Part shown: positions 43,905 through 58,260 of the stretch, piece by piece
Layout of the letters: each line of letters starts with the position of its first letter
How positions within the stretch are numbered: position 1 is the stretch's first letter
NCBI GenBank assembly: GCA_000320545.1
Contig: ADNK01000879.1
Location: forward strand, 21,063-85,062
Length of the DNA stretch: 64,000 nucleotides
Reading direction: 5' to 3'
From: Bigelowiella natans CCMP2755
Lineage: Eukaryota; Protista; Cercozoa
Translations under genes and position numbers: made by a program
The notes under the pieces: model-generated
The model's database searches: none
What the model was told of the DNA's origin: nothing
What the model saw: the letters and a program-made list of their open reading frames with translations, nothing else

Positions 43905-44776
43905 TATATGCTATTACTATATGTCTATTATGCAGCAATACGCGTTGAATGACCGAAGCTGCATTCATTTGTGCACATGAACGTCACCTCTAGTCGTCGT
44001 AATTGAATGTGTCGAACGAAGGCCGGTTTATTTATCTATCAAAAAATTGCAAGAGATGCTTTAAGGTGCTGCACATATGCACAGCAAAAATGTGCATTTG
44101 GACATCATGCATCCCTCATGCAAGGGTGCGTGGCGCTAAGAAAGATTGTCATGACCTCCTAGCCAAGAATGCAACGTCTACTCGCAGCGATGAGCACTTC
44201 TAGACTTGCTGTCAATGAACAGATCTAGAGATCTAGCATGTGAGATGCATGAAACACCAGCTAGCTAGCGCTAGTAGCCAGTGCCGTCTAGCCGTGCAAA
44301 CAAAATGCGCAGCGGTGAGTGTACACGTCTAGACGCGCTAGCGCGCACGTGCGTGTGAGGAGTTTACACTGTGCACGTACATGTCTTGTTCTTATTTTTG
44401 TGGTGTGTGCTAGCGTTATATTGCCGCAGCGCACGATCTCGATGCAACTTAGGCTGGCTAGCTGGCCCCTCGTCGCTAGCGCAATGCATGTCCATAGCAT
44501 GTGGATGTCTGGTGTGCCTATGCTGTTAGGTGTAGAGATGCTCTGCACTGGACCATCGGTGTGATGATTGTGATGATTGACGCACATGGAGCACATGCAA
44601 CATGAAGCTAGCGTAGCCATCTGAGTCATGCAATTGTGTCAATCTAGATTGCATGTCCTAGCTATATGTATGGCAATCTGCCTTCCCGTTAATTTCTTAT
44701 TTATTTACTCTATTCTTACATTTACATGATTTGTCATGCGCACACAAGAAACAACACGGTCCACCACCTTTATGTC

Positions 44777-47277
44777 TCATGAATATTGCGGCGATACATT
44801 CTTCGCTACCTTCTGGACAGCATCCAGAATACGTTTTGTAAGGTCTTTGTCTTTGGCCTGCGCGCGAGGAAATTAGGAGGAGGTAGAATCACGAGTGATC
44901 ACTACTATGTGTTATGTGAACTTGCATCAATCTCACTCCATTCTCATGTGAGGGGAAGAGGAATGTCTACCTTCAATGCGAAAAGGCCACAAACGTTCGA
45001 GTATGGCAGTACATTTTCTCCGGTAACTTTAGGGGCCTATAAAATAGACCAGTCGAGGAAGGAGATGAAATAATGGTCACGAAGGTAAATAATTTCCCCT
45101 CATTTTTAAAAAAAAATCAAGGTTCACACCGACTCTATGTCTGCAGAACTACAATAATAGTAGCAGTATGAATAGTTGGTAAGGAGTTCAACAATCATTA
45201 CCGGTTTTATCCTTCCCATCTCCTTATCCTTGGCGTTGTACTTCGTCAAGTATGCTTCTGGGTTTAAGTCCATGTTCACATCACTAATCTTGTATTGGTA
45301 CGATTCGATCGAGCGGTTGCTCTGCACGGTAGTGAGCTTGGATAATACACCTGATCATCGGGAGGATAAGCTTAAAACTATATCTGCAACTACCTCACAC
45401 CCCTCGCCACAGTATCTTTTACTACTTAGTGTGTCGTGTGTGTGTGAGTTTTGAGTTTTGAGTGTGAGCGTTCACAAACCTCCCGTGGCTTCGATGACCG
45501 CTTGAGCTGCACATGTATCCCACCTGAAAAATTTTGTGAACAACTATGATGCGACGGTGATGATGACAATGATAATGACAATTGAATATGAGGAGAATTG
45601 CTTAGTTATTAGAAAGTTCTCCTACCTAGAAACGCCTCTGTCTTGAATATATGCAGTGCCTTTGCCCTCAAGTAAGAGGAGCATTTTGTTGCCACACCCC
45701 TGAGTATATTCACACACACACACACACACAAACACACATATTCTGAGTCTTCACAGCCGAACGGCATCACTCAGGAAAATTAATAGAACGGGGGGGGGGG
45801 GGGGGATATGGTTTACAAGGCCATAAGAAAGTCTTCCTACCCCGGCTTTGTAGCGGACGAAACCCAGCTCCTCGATTAGCGCTTCTGTGAACTTTGTTAT
45901 ACCACCATTCGATGTCAATAAGGATTCCTGAGCTTTGCCGTCCGAGTAATCTAACACGCCATTCGTGTATCCTTCCTGTTTGCAGCCGGCCATATAGGTG
46001 AGCTTGCCTCCTTCCTCGAGCGGAATGGGGCGGAACACTATCCCAGCTACAGGGAGCTTATCCTGTACAGAATGAAATAGAGGATGGGTGTGGTTAAAAT
46101 GTTCATTGATTATGATCATATGATCCTGGGTTATGAGGAGGCGACAACAAAGCACTCGCTACGTATATCCCGCTGTGTATCTATTTGAGTTGTTCTGTGC
46201 TCAAAATCTTGACTGAGTATATGCTCGGCTTTTGCACAACTAACCCGCGTGAAGCCGATGCAGATGGAGCACTGGCTGCCCAGCCCTGTGCAAAACTCCT
46301 TGGTGCCGTCGATGGGATCCACGAATACACCAAGCTCTGCAGTAACCATCAAGAGAACGTGAATGGGTCAAGGCAGCAGGAAAGACAGGGAGGATAAGGA
46401 TGAGGAGGAACAGGATGCAGGTAGGGGGAAGTGTGTAGGAATTCGTGTTTGTGGGTTGGTGTTAGGGCATGTTCATAAACTGAATGAGCTCTCCATCCTC
46501 TTCTCTTCTTAACTACCTTTGTAGGCCTCCGCGTCAACCAATTTGGCCAGTTTTTTTATCTCAGCAAAGGTTTTTGCGAACGACTCAGAAAGGTCGGTTG
46601 GAAGCTCCATTCCATCAATAGAATATGGAGCCTTAAATGAGAGCAGCAGCAATACAATAAAGGGAAGATTGAGAACAATTGTTTTCGAGGAGGCAGGCTG
46701 TACTTGATACCTTTTCGATATTGATATTCGACGATGATTCCTCTCCACAAAATTCTTCAAACTTGTCAGATGGAAACATTGTCCGGACCATTACCTGAAC
46801 GAGGGCATCTGCAACATAGAAAGTGAAAGGATGTTCAATGGAGTTGCAATTATGAATACCTGCAATCGTGAAGAAGCTATTATCAGACTTTTCCTTCATT
46901 AACTTGCGGTCTTCGTTCAACCTGTAACATGATGCAGTGATGATTATACACGTGGTACACACCACACAAGACACACACACACACACATTGGAAAAATGCT
47001 CATAACCTCACAATGTACCGGTTCAACACCAAAATGCAAATAAAATTAACTCTGGATAGAATAAATCCGATTTCCCTCCACCCCATATAAATGTTTTTAT
47101 ATCCTCAACGATAGCTAAAGAGTGTAGGCCCTATACTCAAATATTAAATGCACGATAAAACCCCTACCTTTTGTAAACATCTTGAACAAACTTTGACATT
47201 TCAAAGCATCCTTTCTCTGAGATCTTCAGCAATTCGGTGAGAGGTCTCTCCACCCTTGACTTCTTTTCTGATGACAT
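44777..47277 (-). CDS. Inositol monophosphatase-family / 3'(2'),5'-bisphosphate nucleotidase-like enzyme, multi-exon
   Basis: KSDNSFFTIA|DALVQ; FCGEE; VFVDPIDGTKEF; PVAGIV; G|GCGNKMLSLLEG; RWDTCAAQAVIEATG|GVLS; last exon ..KNVSPQYS*. Confidence 0.9.
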
Positions 47278-47858
47278 GCTTGATTTTCTATACTTTCCAC
47301 AAATCCAAACAGTACCCATATGAGATCAAGGGAGTCCGTTGGGTTCCCTAAATAGAATTGCCACACTCAAAAGACGATAACTCGAGATAATGCAAATAAC
47401 ATGTGTTTTGCCAGATTGCACATAAAATTGTGCAGAAAATTTGCTCTAAAGCATTGATTACCACGAATCTATATTGTTTCAATAAGAAATTGCTAACAGG
47501 CAACAGTGTGGTGAGTACGTGAGCCGGTAGCAAAACTATGTGTCCTGCACACGGAATGGTGGGTTGTGACCTTGTTTTTTTCGCTTGGGTAACTTCAGAT
47601 ACAACTATTCGCTGAAGAAAGACCAATATTACGAAAATCCTTCCCAATTTTTACAATTATTTGTATGAACTTCGAATTCCTCGAAAAATCTCAGGCGCTT
47701 CAACTTTGACCAAAACAAACAGCATTTGGTGGGCTCCGTTGGTATTTTTCAGATTAAGTAAACGTTTACCTTAATTAGTAGAAGACAAGAAAAACGAATC
47801 GCATGCGATTCTACGACTAACGTGATTTCTCGACGAAGAATAGGTTTTGCCGTCTCCA

Positions 47859-47890
47859 GGAATCCTGGAATCCTAGGGAATCCGGAATCC
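47859..47890. repeat. GGAATCC x4 cluster in divergent intergenic region
   Basis: ggaatcctggaatcctagggaatccggaatcc between the IMPase-family gene and Exo70 starts. Confidence 0.6.
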
Positions 47891-48200
47891 TTGATTCTCA
47901 AAATGACTTTCAGCTCGAATATCTGACAATTTTTGACCAAGATCTTTCAAATTGGTGATCGGGTGCAACCTTTTTTCAAACAAGTGTGAACCAAATTGTA
48001 TGTCTTCAGACAGAAATTTAAACTGAAGCATTCGGCATCCATGTTCTGTGTAACACTTGCTTGCTGAAATTTGTCCTCTATTTTTTTTCCGTGTGTTCTT
48101 CCGTGATTTTTTCCTCGACGTCAAACGAAGTAGCAGGTTTGAGGTTCAACTACCAAGCATCGACCTTCCTTGGATACTGCTCGGTTAAAACGTGACAGGA

Positions 48201-51051
48201 ATGGCGTTGAGTTTAGTCAAGAGACACAATAAATTTGAAGTCGCACTCTCCTCAATATTTATGTCGTAGGAATGAAAATGGTGACCGTTTGTGCATTACG
48301 ACATCCCTATCATCTCTGGGTACAAAATCACGTGCTCTAAAGGGTTTTGAGGCACGGGACCTGAGTGACCTTTCCAACTGTACAGCAACACGGCAACGGG
48401 AAGAAGGGGAAATGGTCATCGCTCCCGCAGATGTGCCCGTAGCCTTTTTTCCCTCATGGTTGACCTTATTACTCCTTTTTTTGTTGGTTTCTACGAGTAG
48501 GACGAGGAACTGAGAAAGATAGACATCTTGAAGAAGAACATGGCTGATTGCCAGGTTGATTTTCGTGAATGTGCTTTCAGCAACCGACGAAAAATATTCA
48601 AGAAAATATGATAATTTTTGTTTACTCTAATTAGGAAATTACGGATCACATTCTGGGAATCCTTGCGGTATGATTACTCCGTTATCCACCATCAATTTTG
48701 CGAAGTCAGTAAGAGTTTTGATGCCGTTGATTAGTCTTTCGAGAACAGACTGGGGGTTCTAAGTAACAAGATTGAGCCAATATACAAGTCCACACAGAAA
48801 ATGGTCATCAAGCGCAAGGTGTAAGTGACCACCAAAGAGAAAGGCGAGAGTTCATCGCTCCATATTGAATTATTTGTGCTTCCGACAGAACATCGAGTCA
48901 ACGATTGGCGCCGTTGACCAGCTAATCGAGAATGCAGAGCTAGGTGATAGCAAGCTTTATAGAACACAATATTGATTAGATTAGATATTTACTTGCTTTA
49001 CGTGAGTCACCTGAAGATGACTTTGAAAACTCCTTGCTCGATTGGTCATCAGCGCGATCAGCAAAGCTACAGTTGAGCGAAGTGTCTATCAAAATTGATC
49101 AACAAGGGTTCCTCAGGTCCTTATCTAGTTTGTAAAATTTCTTATATTTCTCCCCTTGCCCTTATTAAACTTCGAAATCGCCCCAATGTGCACCCCTTAC
49201 TTTTACCATCACGCTAGCCTGTTAGAGAAGATTGAAGTGGCGATGATGTACTTCTACAAAAACAAAGTGCTGAAAGATGCATTACAGGTTCGTATACACA
49301 GGATGCTGTTGCTACATGTTGAAAAGTATTGAAAAGTATCTAATTTACTTTATCATTGCTGTTCCCATGAATGCAGAAGGCGGACACTACCGCCAAGCAC
49401 ATTCTCTCTGTCGTCGTCTCACTTTATACAATGTGCGAAAATTCTGTCCAGCGACAGGGCTGATGATCTTGTCGAAATGAATGATCTATCTGCATTGGCG
49501 CTTGTTGTACATACTCTTGTTGGTTGATTAGCACTTCAAGGATCTGAGAGACGCGCTGCGACAAGGACTAGATCAATGCGAACAACACTTCAAGGTGATG
49601 CGCTGTGTTGCTATGTTTTTTTGCTGATGATTAGCGGATAATAGGGTTCATGTAGTGATATTGGTGATGATACCTAAACCGTAACCAGCTGAGAAAATTG
49701 AAGAGAAGCTTGAAGCAGAACAAATTTGATTCGCGACCTTCTCTTATCTTTTTGCTCTCGGGTACTACTTCTACTAGTACCCGAGGCCAATACTTTCATT
49801 CCTTGTCAACAGTACACAATGATGCAGCCAAGTATGCAACCTCCTTTTCACCTATCACTCTCATCCTCCTGCTCCTCCTCCCTCCTCATCCTCCCCTAAT
49901 CCATCTATCTCCGGTTCATAAAGAACATGGTGCATAGCACACCTCCGTACGTCCCAGTGCGGCTGTTAACATCGGAGCTTTGGCCAGCTGCTGCAACGGC
50001 CGCTGCTATGCGTCGAACGCCCTCGGAATACAAGGACAATGCTTCTCAGACGCAGCATTCTTATATGGTAATAGAGAGGCTTCGTAGACAGCAAGCAGAG
50101 CAAGTACTATCGAGGATGATGATGATGATGATGATGAAATGCGTGATGGAAGTATCTGTAAGATTCGCCTGGTTGCACCCCGTCTGAACGTTACAACACG
50201 ACTGCTGAGTGATGATTATTCCCCACTCAAAACTGCTATTCTTTGGCGCCAGTCTTTTTCAGTTGCATCCGGCTTTTCAGGAGATGGTGGCGAGGAGGAT
50301 GCCGTAGCTGTTGCTGCTGCTGCTAATGCGGCTGCTGCGGCTGCTGCTGGAGAGGTGGTTTTCATCACACGCGTGCAGCATTATGAAGCCCAACAACCGG
50401 ATATGCGGATGTGTTCTTGATGGCAGTGATGAAGTGATGTTGTTGAGAGAGTGTTCGAAACAGAATTCTTTTCATTATGAAGAAAATGTTTTAAGTCATG
50501 AGATGGCTTGAAAAAACGGAAACACCGATCGTCTTTTTACCCTCACGCCACGACTCAAGACATGCCTTTTGGTACAGCTGCAAACCAAGATCTCTGCTGC
50601 TGAAACAAAGCTATTCTAACGATGACCCTTCCTAGACGACGCAGAGTCGACTTTTGATCATCATCTGTCCCCCTCCCCCTCACCCCTCCGTTCTACCAAA
50701 GGAGCTTGAGGAGGATGAAGAGGACCTTCTAAAGGAGACGCTGATTTTCGAAATGATTAGTGATGGTGGGTGTAATATTGGAAGATACAGAAGGCATGAT
50801 GCTTACCACCCACCAGCACGCCGCCACTATCCGTTGCAATTATCATCTTTATTGGTGACTCATGATTCATCATTAGAGACGATGGAGAGATACGGTGCAG
50901 TTGCGCAATGCTTGTCGAGAAACGGAAGGGTAGGGAGCTCCAAGGGGGGAGGAAGGGAGGAGGGGAACATAGAAAGTCGAAAAAGTTGTACTGCTCTCAG
51001 AACTCTGTGTAATTCTCTTTCCTTCGTTAATTCTTGGTATTATATCGTCGT

Positions 51052-51082
<31 letters not shown>

Positions 51083-51761
51083 CCATCATCATCACCATCA
51101 TCGTTTTGTGTTTATTGCAGGCCTCTACGGTGAAAGAAGTGTTGGTCCATGAACGCTCCAAGCAAGTGATAAAAAGGAGAGGGGCGATCTTTTTGATGAT
51201 GATGACAATAATGATGACGATGCTAAATCCCTCTCATTCTCTCTCCCCGTCGTCCCCATTATACAATGAAATGCGTCTGTCAAAATGTATTTGTATATGC
51301 ACTCATATACAACAACCCATTATGTGCGTTTGCACGTGCCTGTGTGTAGCACGTGCACGCATCCGTCTCTCGCATCTAACGTCGAATCAATTTTCCTCTT
51401 CTCTCTTAGATTTTGTCCTTTTTCGAGTACATATTCTTTGATCCATCTGCGAAGAAGCTAGCCGTAAGCGAGGACTATGAAGCGACTACCAAGTTCCTCA
51501 TGGTGATGCTGCTGCTGCGTACATGCTTTGTGTTTGTGTGGCGTGTCCATGAATAAGCTGTTTGTGCAATGAATTCAACTGCATGTTGCTGTTTCTCTCT
51601 TCATTTTCTTCTTCTTCATCATCATCATCATCTTCTTCTTCTTCTTCTTCTATCGGACTCATAAGGACCGCCTCAAAGACGTCACAGTTCATAGCAGCAG
51701 CTTTGTTGGCTCCAACGCAAGGATGAGCGCAATCAGCTATCAGGTTTCTCGGTTGTATGTG

Positions 51762-51797
<36 letters not shown>

Positions 51798-52846
51798 TAA
51801 GAAGACGCGCGTGCATTTCACGTACGTGCATGGGTTTCTACAGTCCTCATTTCTTCTTTTGCTACCTTCGATTCCCTGCACCTACTGTATAAAGCACTCA
51901 TGACGACGACGATGACGATGATGATAATGATGATGATGATGACGATGGTGCGACAAATACGAAGATGATGAGAGGCTTCATCTCCCTATCCTTATATTCT
52001 ACATGCTAATATGTAGTCGGACGGACGCCATCATCTTGGCCAAGAGGTAGTATTAATATTAGTAGTGTAGTAATACTACTACTACTACTACTAGTAGTAG
52101 TAGCCATAGGCAGAAAGGGCGGGGCGGGGGGTTATGGGAGCTATATTGTGCCAGAATTAGTCCTGATATGCTAGCATACGATCTACTGGATGATGCTGGG
52201 AGAGAGGGTAGTAGCACACTGATGATTCAGCTTTCCTCGACCTTGCCATCCTGAGAAATCGCTGTCTATATTGTAGTAGTATGCTGCGTGATCATCATCG
52301 TCATCATCATTATCATCATCATCATCATGATCACTGCCGTTTGCTTGCTTTTCTCAGTCGAAGGGCAATGGGAAGAAGAAGAAGAAGAAAAAGTACAAGG
52401 ACGACGATCACTACGTAGCCGGCTCCCACCCCTCGCTCTTCTACATCAAGTAAGGAGGAGGAGGAGGGGGGGGAGGGGATTGCGATGATGTGATAAAATA
52501 GTTCTGCCCCATCATCGTCATCAACACCCTCGTCATCATACGCACATCCTCTCCGTCGCTTTGCGAGTTAGGATCTTGTTGCACGTGCTTCAGCTGGAGC
52601 TTACCGTGTTCTCAAAGACATATACGGTTGTCAACCATTCCACCATATCGCCATCATCACCATCATCACCATCATCATTATCATCATCATCAGCTTACAC
52701 GCTCGCCGCTGTTATCGATTTGCTTCGTTATTAGCAGAATTTGTCATTGTTGATGGTGGTATGGTGGTCGGTAATCAGAGTGCGAATCTCTCCGAGGCGT
52801 CGTGCTTCAAGCACTTCTCTAGGGTAACACTTAGCACCAGATTTCG

Positions 52847-52890
<44 letters not shown>

Positions 52891-53893
52891 GTAGTCATCC
52901 GTGTTGTAATTAAGGCAAATGTATTAATTGTGCATCCCCCCTCGTGATTTGTCATCATGATAGCATCATTATCATCATTAATCATCGTCCTTATGTTTAG
53001 ACTGTTGCTGAGGGCTTCGACTACGTCACAAAGAAGCTGTTGAAGTCTTTCAAGGTGCAGCCCTGCCTTCTACCCTTTCTCCTCACTCCCTTTGATCTCA
53101 TTTCTTCTTCAAGTGCCGTTTGGTTGACTGATAACGGATACGTAATGATGTTTTTCCCAATCATCATCCTCATCATCCTCATCATCCTCATCATCATCAC
53201 CACCATCATCATCGTCGTCATCCTCTTACTCTCCTCCTCTTCCTCCTTCCGATCATAATCGTCACCACAACCACGCCAGGATGAAAGTCCAGGACCCGCA
53301 CGTCTACTGCTATCACTTGACTTTGCGGGGAATCTCTTTGACCTCACACCGGAGTTCCTCAAGGTAGTAGTTGTAGCAGTAACAGGGGAATGGGGAAGGA
53401 GCTACAGGTGTGATGGGGGGGAGGGGGGGGGGGATGAATAGCAGATGAAGTTGCGTAAAGGCAGGCAAAGGTTTTTAAGGAAGTAAATCAATGAAGCCGT
53501 GGTTGTAAGGAGGAGAGGAGTCGTTGGTCCACATTGCTGTTGCATGGGTGTATTTTATGTAAAAGAAAACATTCACAGCAGCAGAGAACATCCACTAAAT
53601 GGCCACCTGCCACGAATATACTGCAACTAATGATGATAATAATGATAATAATAGTACGAACAATAAAAGCTAATAATACTAACCGTACCGAATCGAAAGG
53701 TATTAGAACCTCCCACGACGCAACGGAGCAACGGTGTTGGTGTAGAAACGTAGTCGTGGTGGCGAGTTGGGACTTTGTTTTGCCGATCTTGTTGCTCGAT
53801 AATGGATATGCCACGCACATAGTGCTGCTGCCAGTGGTGGTGGTTGTGGTGCAGTTGTAAAGGGAGAATGGGGAGGGCACTGAGAGGAATGAA

Positions 53894-53927
<34 letters not shown>

Positions 53928-56900
53928 TTCACAATCGAGACGTGTACTACTCTCCACTCTGCTTTATCAAGACGTCATGACTCCTACTACACCTCGAAGC
54001 AGGGCGGATACCGGTAGGCAGCAACGACAGTGAGAGAATTGATAGAGCGACGTTCTGAAGAAAGATGAAAAACATCGGAAAGTTGGAACGATGATATGAT
54101 AAAGTGCAACAACAACAACAACAACAACAGCTAGAACTGAGCACCGATCAACTAACAATATCTGCGTGCTCGATCGGTCGTAGGAGCGGCTGAAATGAAG
54201 CAGCAAAAGCAGACCCGTTCCAATAATAGAGTTAATCTGATGAGAAAGGTACGCTTGCTGCTTTTGCTGATTCTTCTGCTTCAAGGTTGAGTAAATGCGT
54301 TCATATAAGTTTTCAACCAATGATGATACAACACTTAGTTCCTGGCCTTCAAAGAGAAAGTATGCGAGCTATGTGGGGGGGCACTGGACGACTATGAGGT
54401 GAAGCCTCCAGAATAATAAATAACAATAAACATGATAGCAATCTATCGTGACTAATTGATGACAAGAACCAGAGCAACATGAGCACGCGCTGCCGCCCAG
54501 CTTAGGAAAAAGAAAGGCGATGATTATAATGAGACACTGATGATACAACAAACGACAACGCGCCATACACCATGAAGAAGGACGAAAATAAGGCTAGAAC
54601 CATTGCTGTATGCATCGATCGCTGTATATTTCATCGTCATAATCACGTGTTGTCGCCTTTTTCACTCTACTTCGCACCTCTCCCCTCTCTCTGAACGCAA
54701 CATAATTCCCCCCCACCCCAGCAATGGCTTCGACGACACAACCGCAGCAAAACGCAGAAGCAGCAAGCTCGCTCCTCCCCCGAGACTGTTCATGTCGTCA
54801 CTGTGAAGGTGAGGAATTGTCACTTTGCCAACGCGCTTGCTCTATCGCTAGTGCTACAGCTGCAAGCTCTTACACAGTGGGAATCCTAGAAAACGACGCC
54901 GAAATCGCCGCCATGAAACCTTTTGCCAGACGATAAGGCCTCTCACTATAGAGCGGGGGAAAGGAGACTCGCGCTGTTATGTCGTTCGGCCGTTTGAAAC
55001 CTGCTAGCTTGCGGAATATCCTTGATTCGCACCATCGTCGTTGTCGTCGTCATCGTCGTCTCATCATCATCATCATTATCATCGTCATCGTCATTATCAT
55101 CATCATTACCGCAGACGATGAGGATGCTGCTGCGGAAGCTCCCAGCCTTCAGCAAGACATTAGGTGTTCTAGTACTAGTAGTGATAGTAGGAGTAGGAGG
55201 AGGGGGGGCGGATTGAGATCACAATTTCAAGTTGTCACTTCTCATCATACGCCGCCCGAGCGATTCCTCTCCTATTCCCTTTCTGAGTCCTCCTCTCTCC
55301 TCCCCCCCCTCTCGTCATGTGTCTGTTTGCCGATCTCCTCCTCCTCCTCAAGAATACCTGGATAAGGCGGGACTGAAGCAGATTCGTGACAGAAAGAGCA
55401 AGCACACAGCGGTTAGCAGCCTGATAGTGGCACCACACGTGTCTATTATGATGATTGAATATGATGATAAGGAGCGGGTATATTGGTCTTCCTCTTCCTT
55501 GTCGTAGTCGCAATCGTCGTCTCTGTCGCCCCTCCCCCTTAGTCTTGTTAATAACAGGCCAAGTCAACACTCGGATCTGTGATTCTTAGCTTCCTCGATA
55601 CGCTCCTGAGCACCCTGGATGATATTGGTGGTGTTTCCACCTGCGACAAAACAGTTTTTCCTGTCTTCCTTCCAACTGAACGATAAAAGATGTGGCGCAT
55701 TGATGAAAGAAATCACCGAACCTTCATTGCAAGCAAATCGTTGATGGATCCCGACTAATAGAACGCGTTGAATCTGTGCATATTTTTTGAAGTGTTTTAT
55801 GTACACACATACGTCTTCTAGAGGGTTATGATGATTATAGTGACGACGACAAGGGAATTAAAATGTTCTCTCTGGCTAATTGAGCTGGTACTGGTGTTGG
55901 TGCTGTTGGTGGTGGTGGTCGTTTGATCTTCACAGCGCAGAAGAAGATACGCGTGCAAAATCAATGCCTGGCCGAAGTATTCCGCCTAAACAACCTGCAC
56001 CATCTCTCAAGGAAAGTCTTAGAATCAAAGGTGGTATACAGCAGCATCACTTGATAGTAGAAAAGTGGTGGTGGTAGCAAAATGTGTACGACCATTGTGA
56101 ACATATGACAACAAGCAACGGCCATCAAGACAGTCAATATCCGCAACTAGTCTCTTATTACTTCCATCTGTTTTCCAAATCGCTCTTCTTCTTCTTCCAC
56201 TTCAATGCAATCTATCAAAACAAGGTCGTAGAAGGGCACATCGGCCGTGATTTGTTCTCCGAGAAGTACATTGGGCTCGTCAATCAGGCGCGTGAAAGAT
56301 ACATCACCCAGAGGTGGATGATGATGGTGTTACTATGAGGAGGAGGAGGAGAGGGAGGAGGAGGAGGAGGAGGAGTCGGTTTACTATGTGACGACACGCC
56401 ATTTACATAACTAGCATTGTGTACGAGTAGCTATCCTCCCCCAACCCCCTTCATCCCTACTACTTCTTATCTTTCTCTCGTCGTATCTAACTAGTTGGTC
56501 CAAAGCGCTGGCCGCTGTGTCCATGAAAGAGGATTGGAACAAAATCGAAGCCCACCTTACCGTTAACGTATGCATGCTGTCTGCGTGCGATGTGATGTGA
56601 TAGTCATGACAGTATTATTCCCTTTCCCCGTTTGTTGGAAGGGGTGGTGGTTATGGAGGACCGTACAGGAGGAGGAGCTACACTTTCCTTTTGTCGCGTG
56701 ACACCATCATCACTGTTTGATATGACGTCCAGGAAGAACAGGGGGAACAGATCTTGGAAGCAGATACTTGGTAATGTGTGTGTGTGTGTGTGTATTTATA
56801 TGGATGACTTTGCCACTGGCTTGCGTTTCACCTTATCATTTTTTTTTTGAATAACTGTTAAATTATCATGACTGTGCTTACTTGATTCTAACCTTCGTCA

Positions 56901-57931
56901 TCATCATCATCACCATAATCACCATCATTACCAGCATCGTCATCACCATCATTATCACCACCACCATCCCCCCCCCCCAGGGCTAAAACGGCGATAAAGA
57001 AGAAGCTGAAAGAATTCAACCATCAATTCGGCAAGCAGTTAATTCATTTATGCGTTATCGATGAAGATGAAGATGAGGATGAATGATGACGAAGCAGTAG
57101 GCACATCATGATGCAGTTAGAAGTATGAAGGGAAGATGGAGATGTATGCACTAGTTGAAATATTGAATGCGTTCGTCTCATCAGCTCGTAGCGTTCTTGA
57201 CATGTATCCTCCCAAATCTCATTTAGCACGTTGACGTGGTTGATATAGATATGGCCGGCAAAAGATGTGGTGCATTCCAGACTCTGTGCTAAGGTGGGGG
57301 GGAGAGTGTGGCTTTAGCTTTAGCGTGGTAGTGGTAGTGATGATGAGAACGATGAAGATGATGAAGATGATGAATGGTCTATGAATGGTCTCAGAATGTG
57401 TCATCTCTATGCTGCTGCTGCTGCTGCTGCTGCTGATGCCACTGCATTCTCTTATACGCAAAACTACTGGGTCATTTTTTAACATCTCAATGACATGATG
57501 TGATGGGTGTAAAAGGCCCGAAAGTTTCAGGCAGCATTGCCATCGATGATGGCTGATGATGATGCTGATGATGATGATGATGATGATTCTAATGGATGTG
57601 TTGATCAATGTGTACATGAAATTTGAACACACAGATCGCAGCTGAAGGAGCAAAACTCCAAGTTGATTCTTGAAGCCTACTCCGCTTTTCTTGACAGGGC
57701 GAGACAGGTCTTCGATGCATGCTTGCGAGCACACACTCTCTCCATTTCTCCTCCTCTTTCTTCGGAAGTGGGCATCATTTGCTTGGCTTCTTCCATGATC
57801 ATCCATCCACGTTGTTGAACATTGAATGCATCACACAGGTTCGGTTCTCCCGAAATCGAAGCAAGCACATCAAATTTTCGATTGAGGTGATGACTAGCAT
57901 GTTGGCGGATTTCTTTGAACACTCACCATGA
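48201..57931 (+). CDS. EXO70: Exocyst complex component Exo70, multi-exon
   Basis: ITDHILGILA|SFENRLGVLSNKIEPIYKSTQ (N-terminal SFxxRL motif); ETVHVVT (~54785, cf. GTVHELT); AIKKKLKEFNHQF (~57000); RSQLKEQ..ILEAYSAFLDRARQ|VRFSRNRSKHIKFSIEVMTSMLADFF (cf. FTKNPEKYIKY). Start uncertain. Confidence 0.82.
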
Positions 57932-58137
57932 TGCGCGAGAAGCGGGGACGTCTACGTATTCAGATGTCTGCAATACTCATCCTCATCCCTTCGCAATCGG
58001 TCCCTTCAGATCATGTGCAAGCTAGCCAGCGCGCTTGATCGCCACTTGTGCTTTCACACTGCGCTTTGCTGCAGCTGAAAAAAACCAACAGAAAATGCTT
58101 GGCTGCGTCAGCACAGATGCTCAGACACTACGCACGA

Positions 58138-58260
58138 TGATAGACATAGTAACATTATGTGTAAACATATGTATGCATATATATGTATATATATATGTAT
58201 GTATATATATATACATATATGTGTTTGTGTGTCACATTGATAGACATAGTAACATTGTGT
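58138..58260. repeat. 23 bp direct repeat flanking a degenerate (TA)n tract
   Basis: tgatagacatagtaacattatgt (58138) and tgatagacatagtaacattgtgt (58238). Confidence 0.8.

Noticed and set aside
53488-54936. Nested antisense gene inside Exo70
   Set aside because: Plus-strand Exo70 exons continue through the region (TVHVVT motif), and the minus-strand pieces do not join into a recognisable protein.
57696-57712. GC-AG donor in last Exo70 intron
   Set aside because: A GT donor 9 nt downstream (after RARQ) restores the expected alignment.
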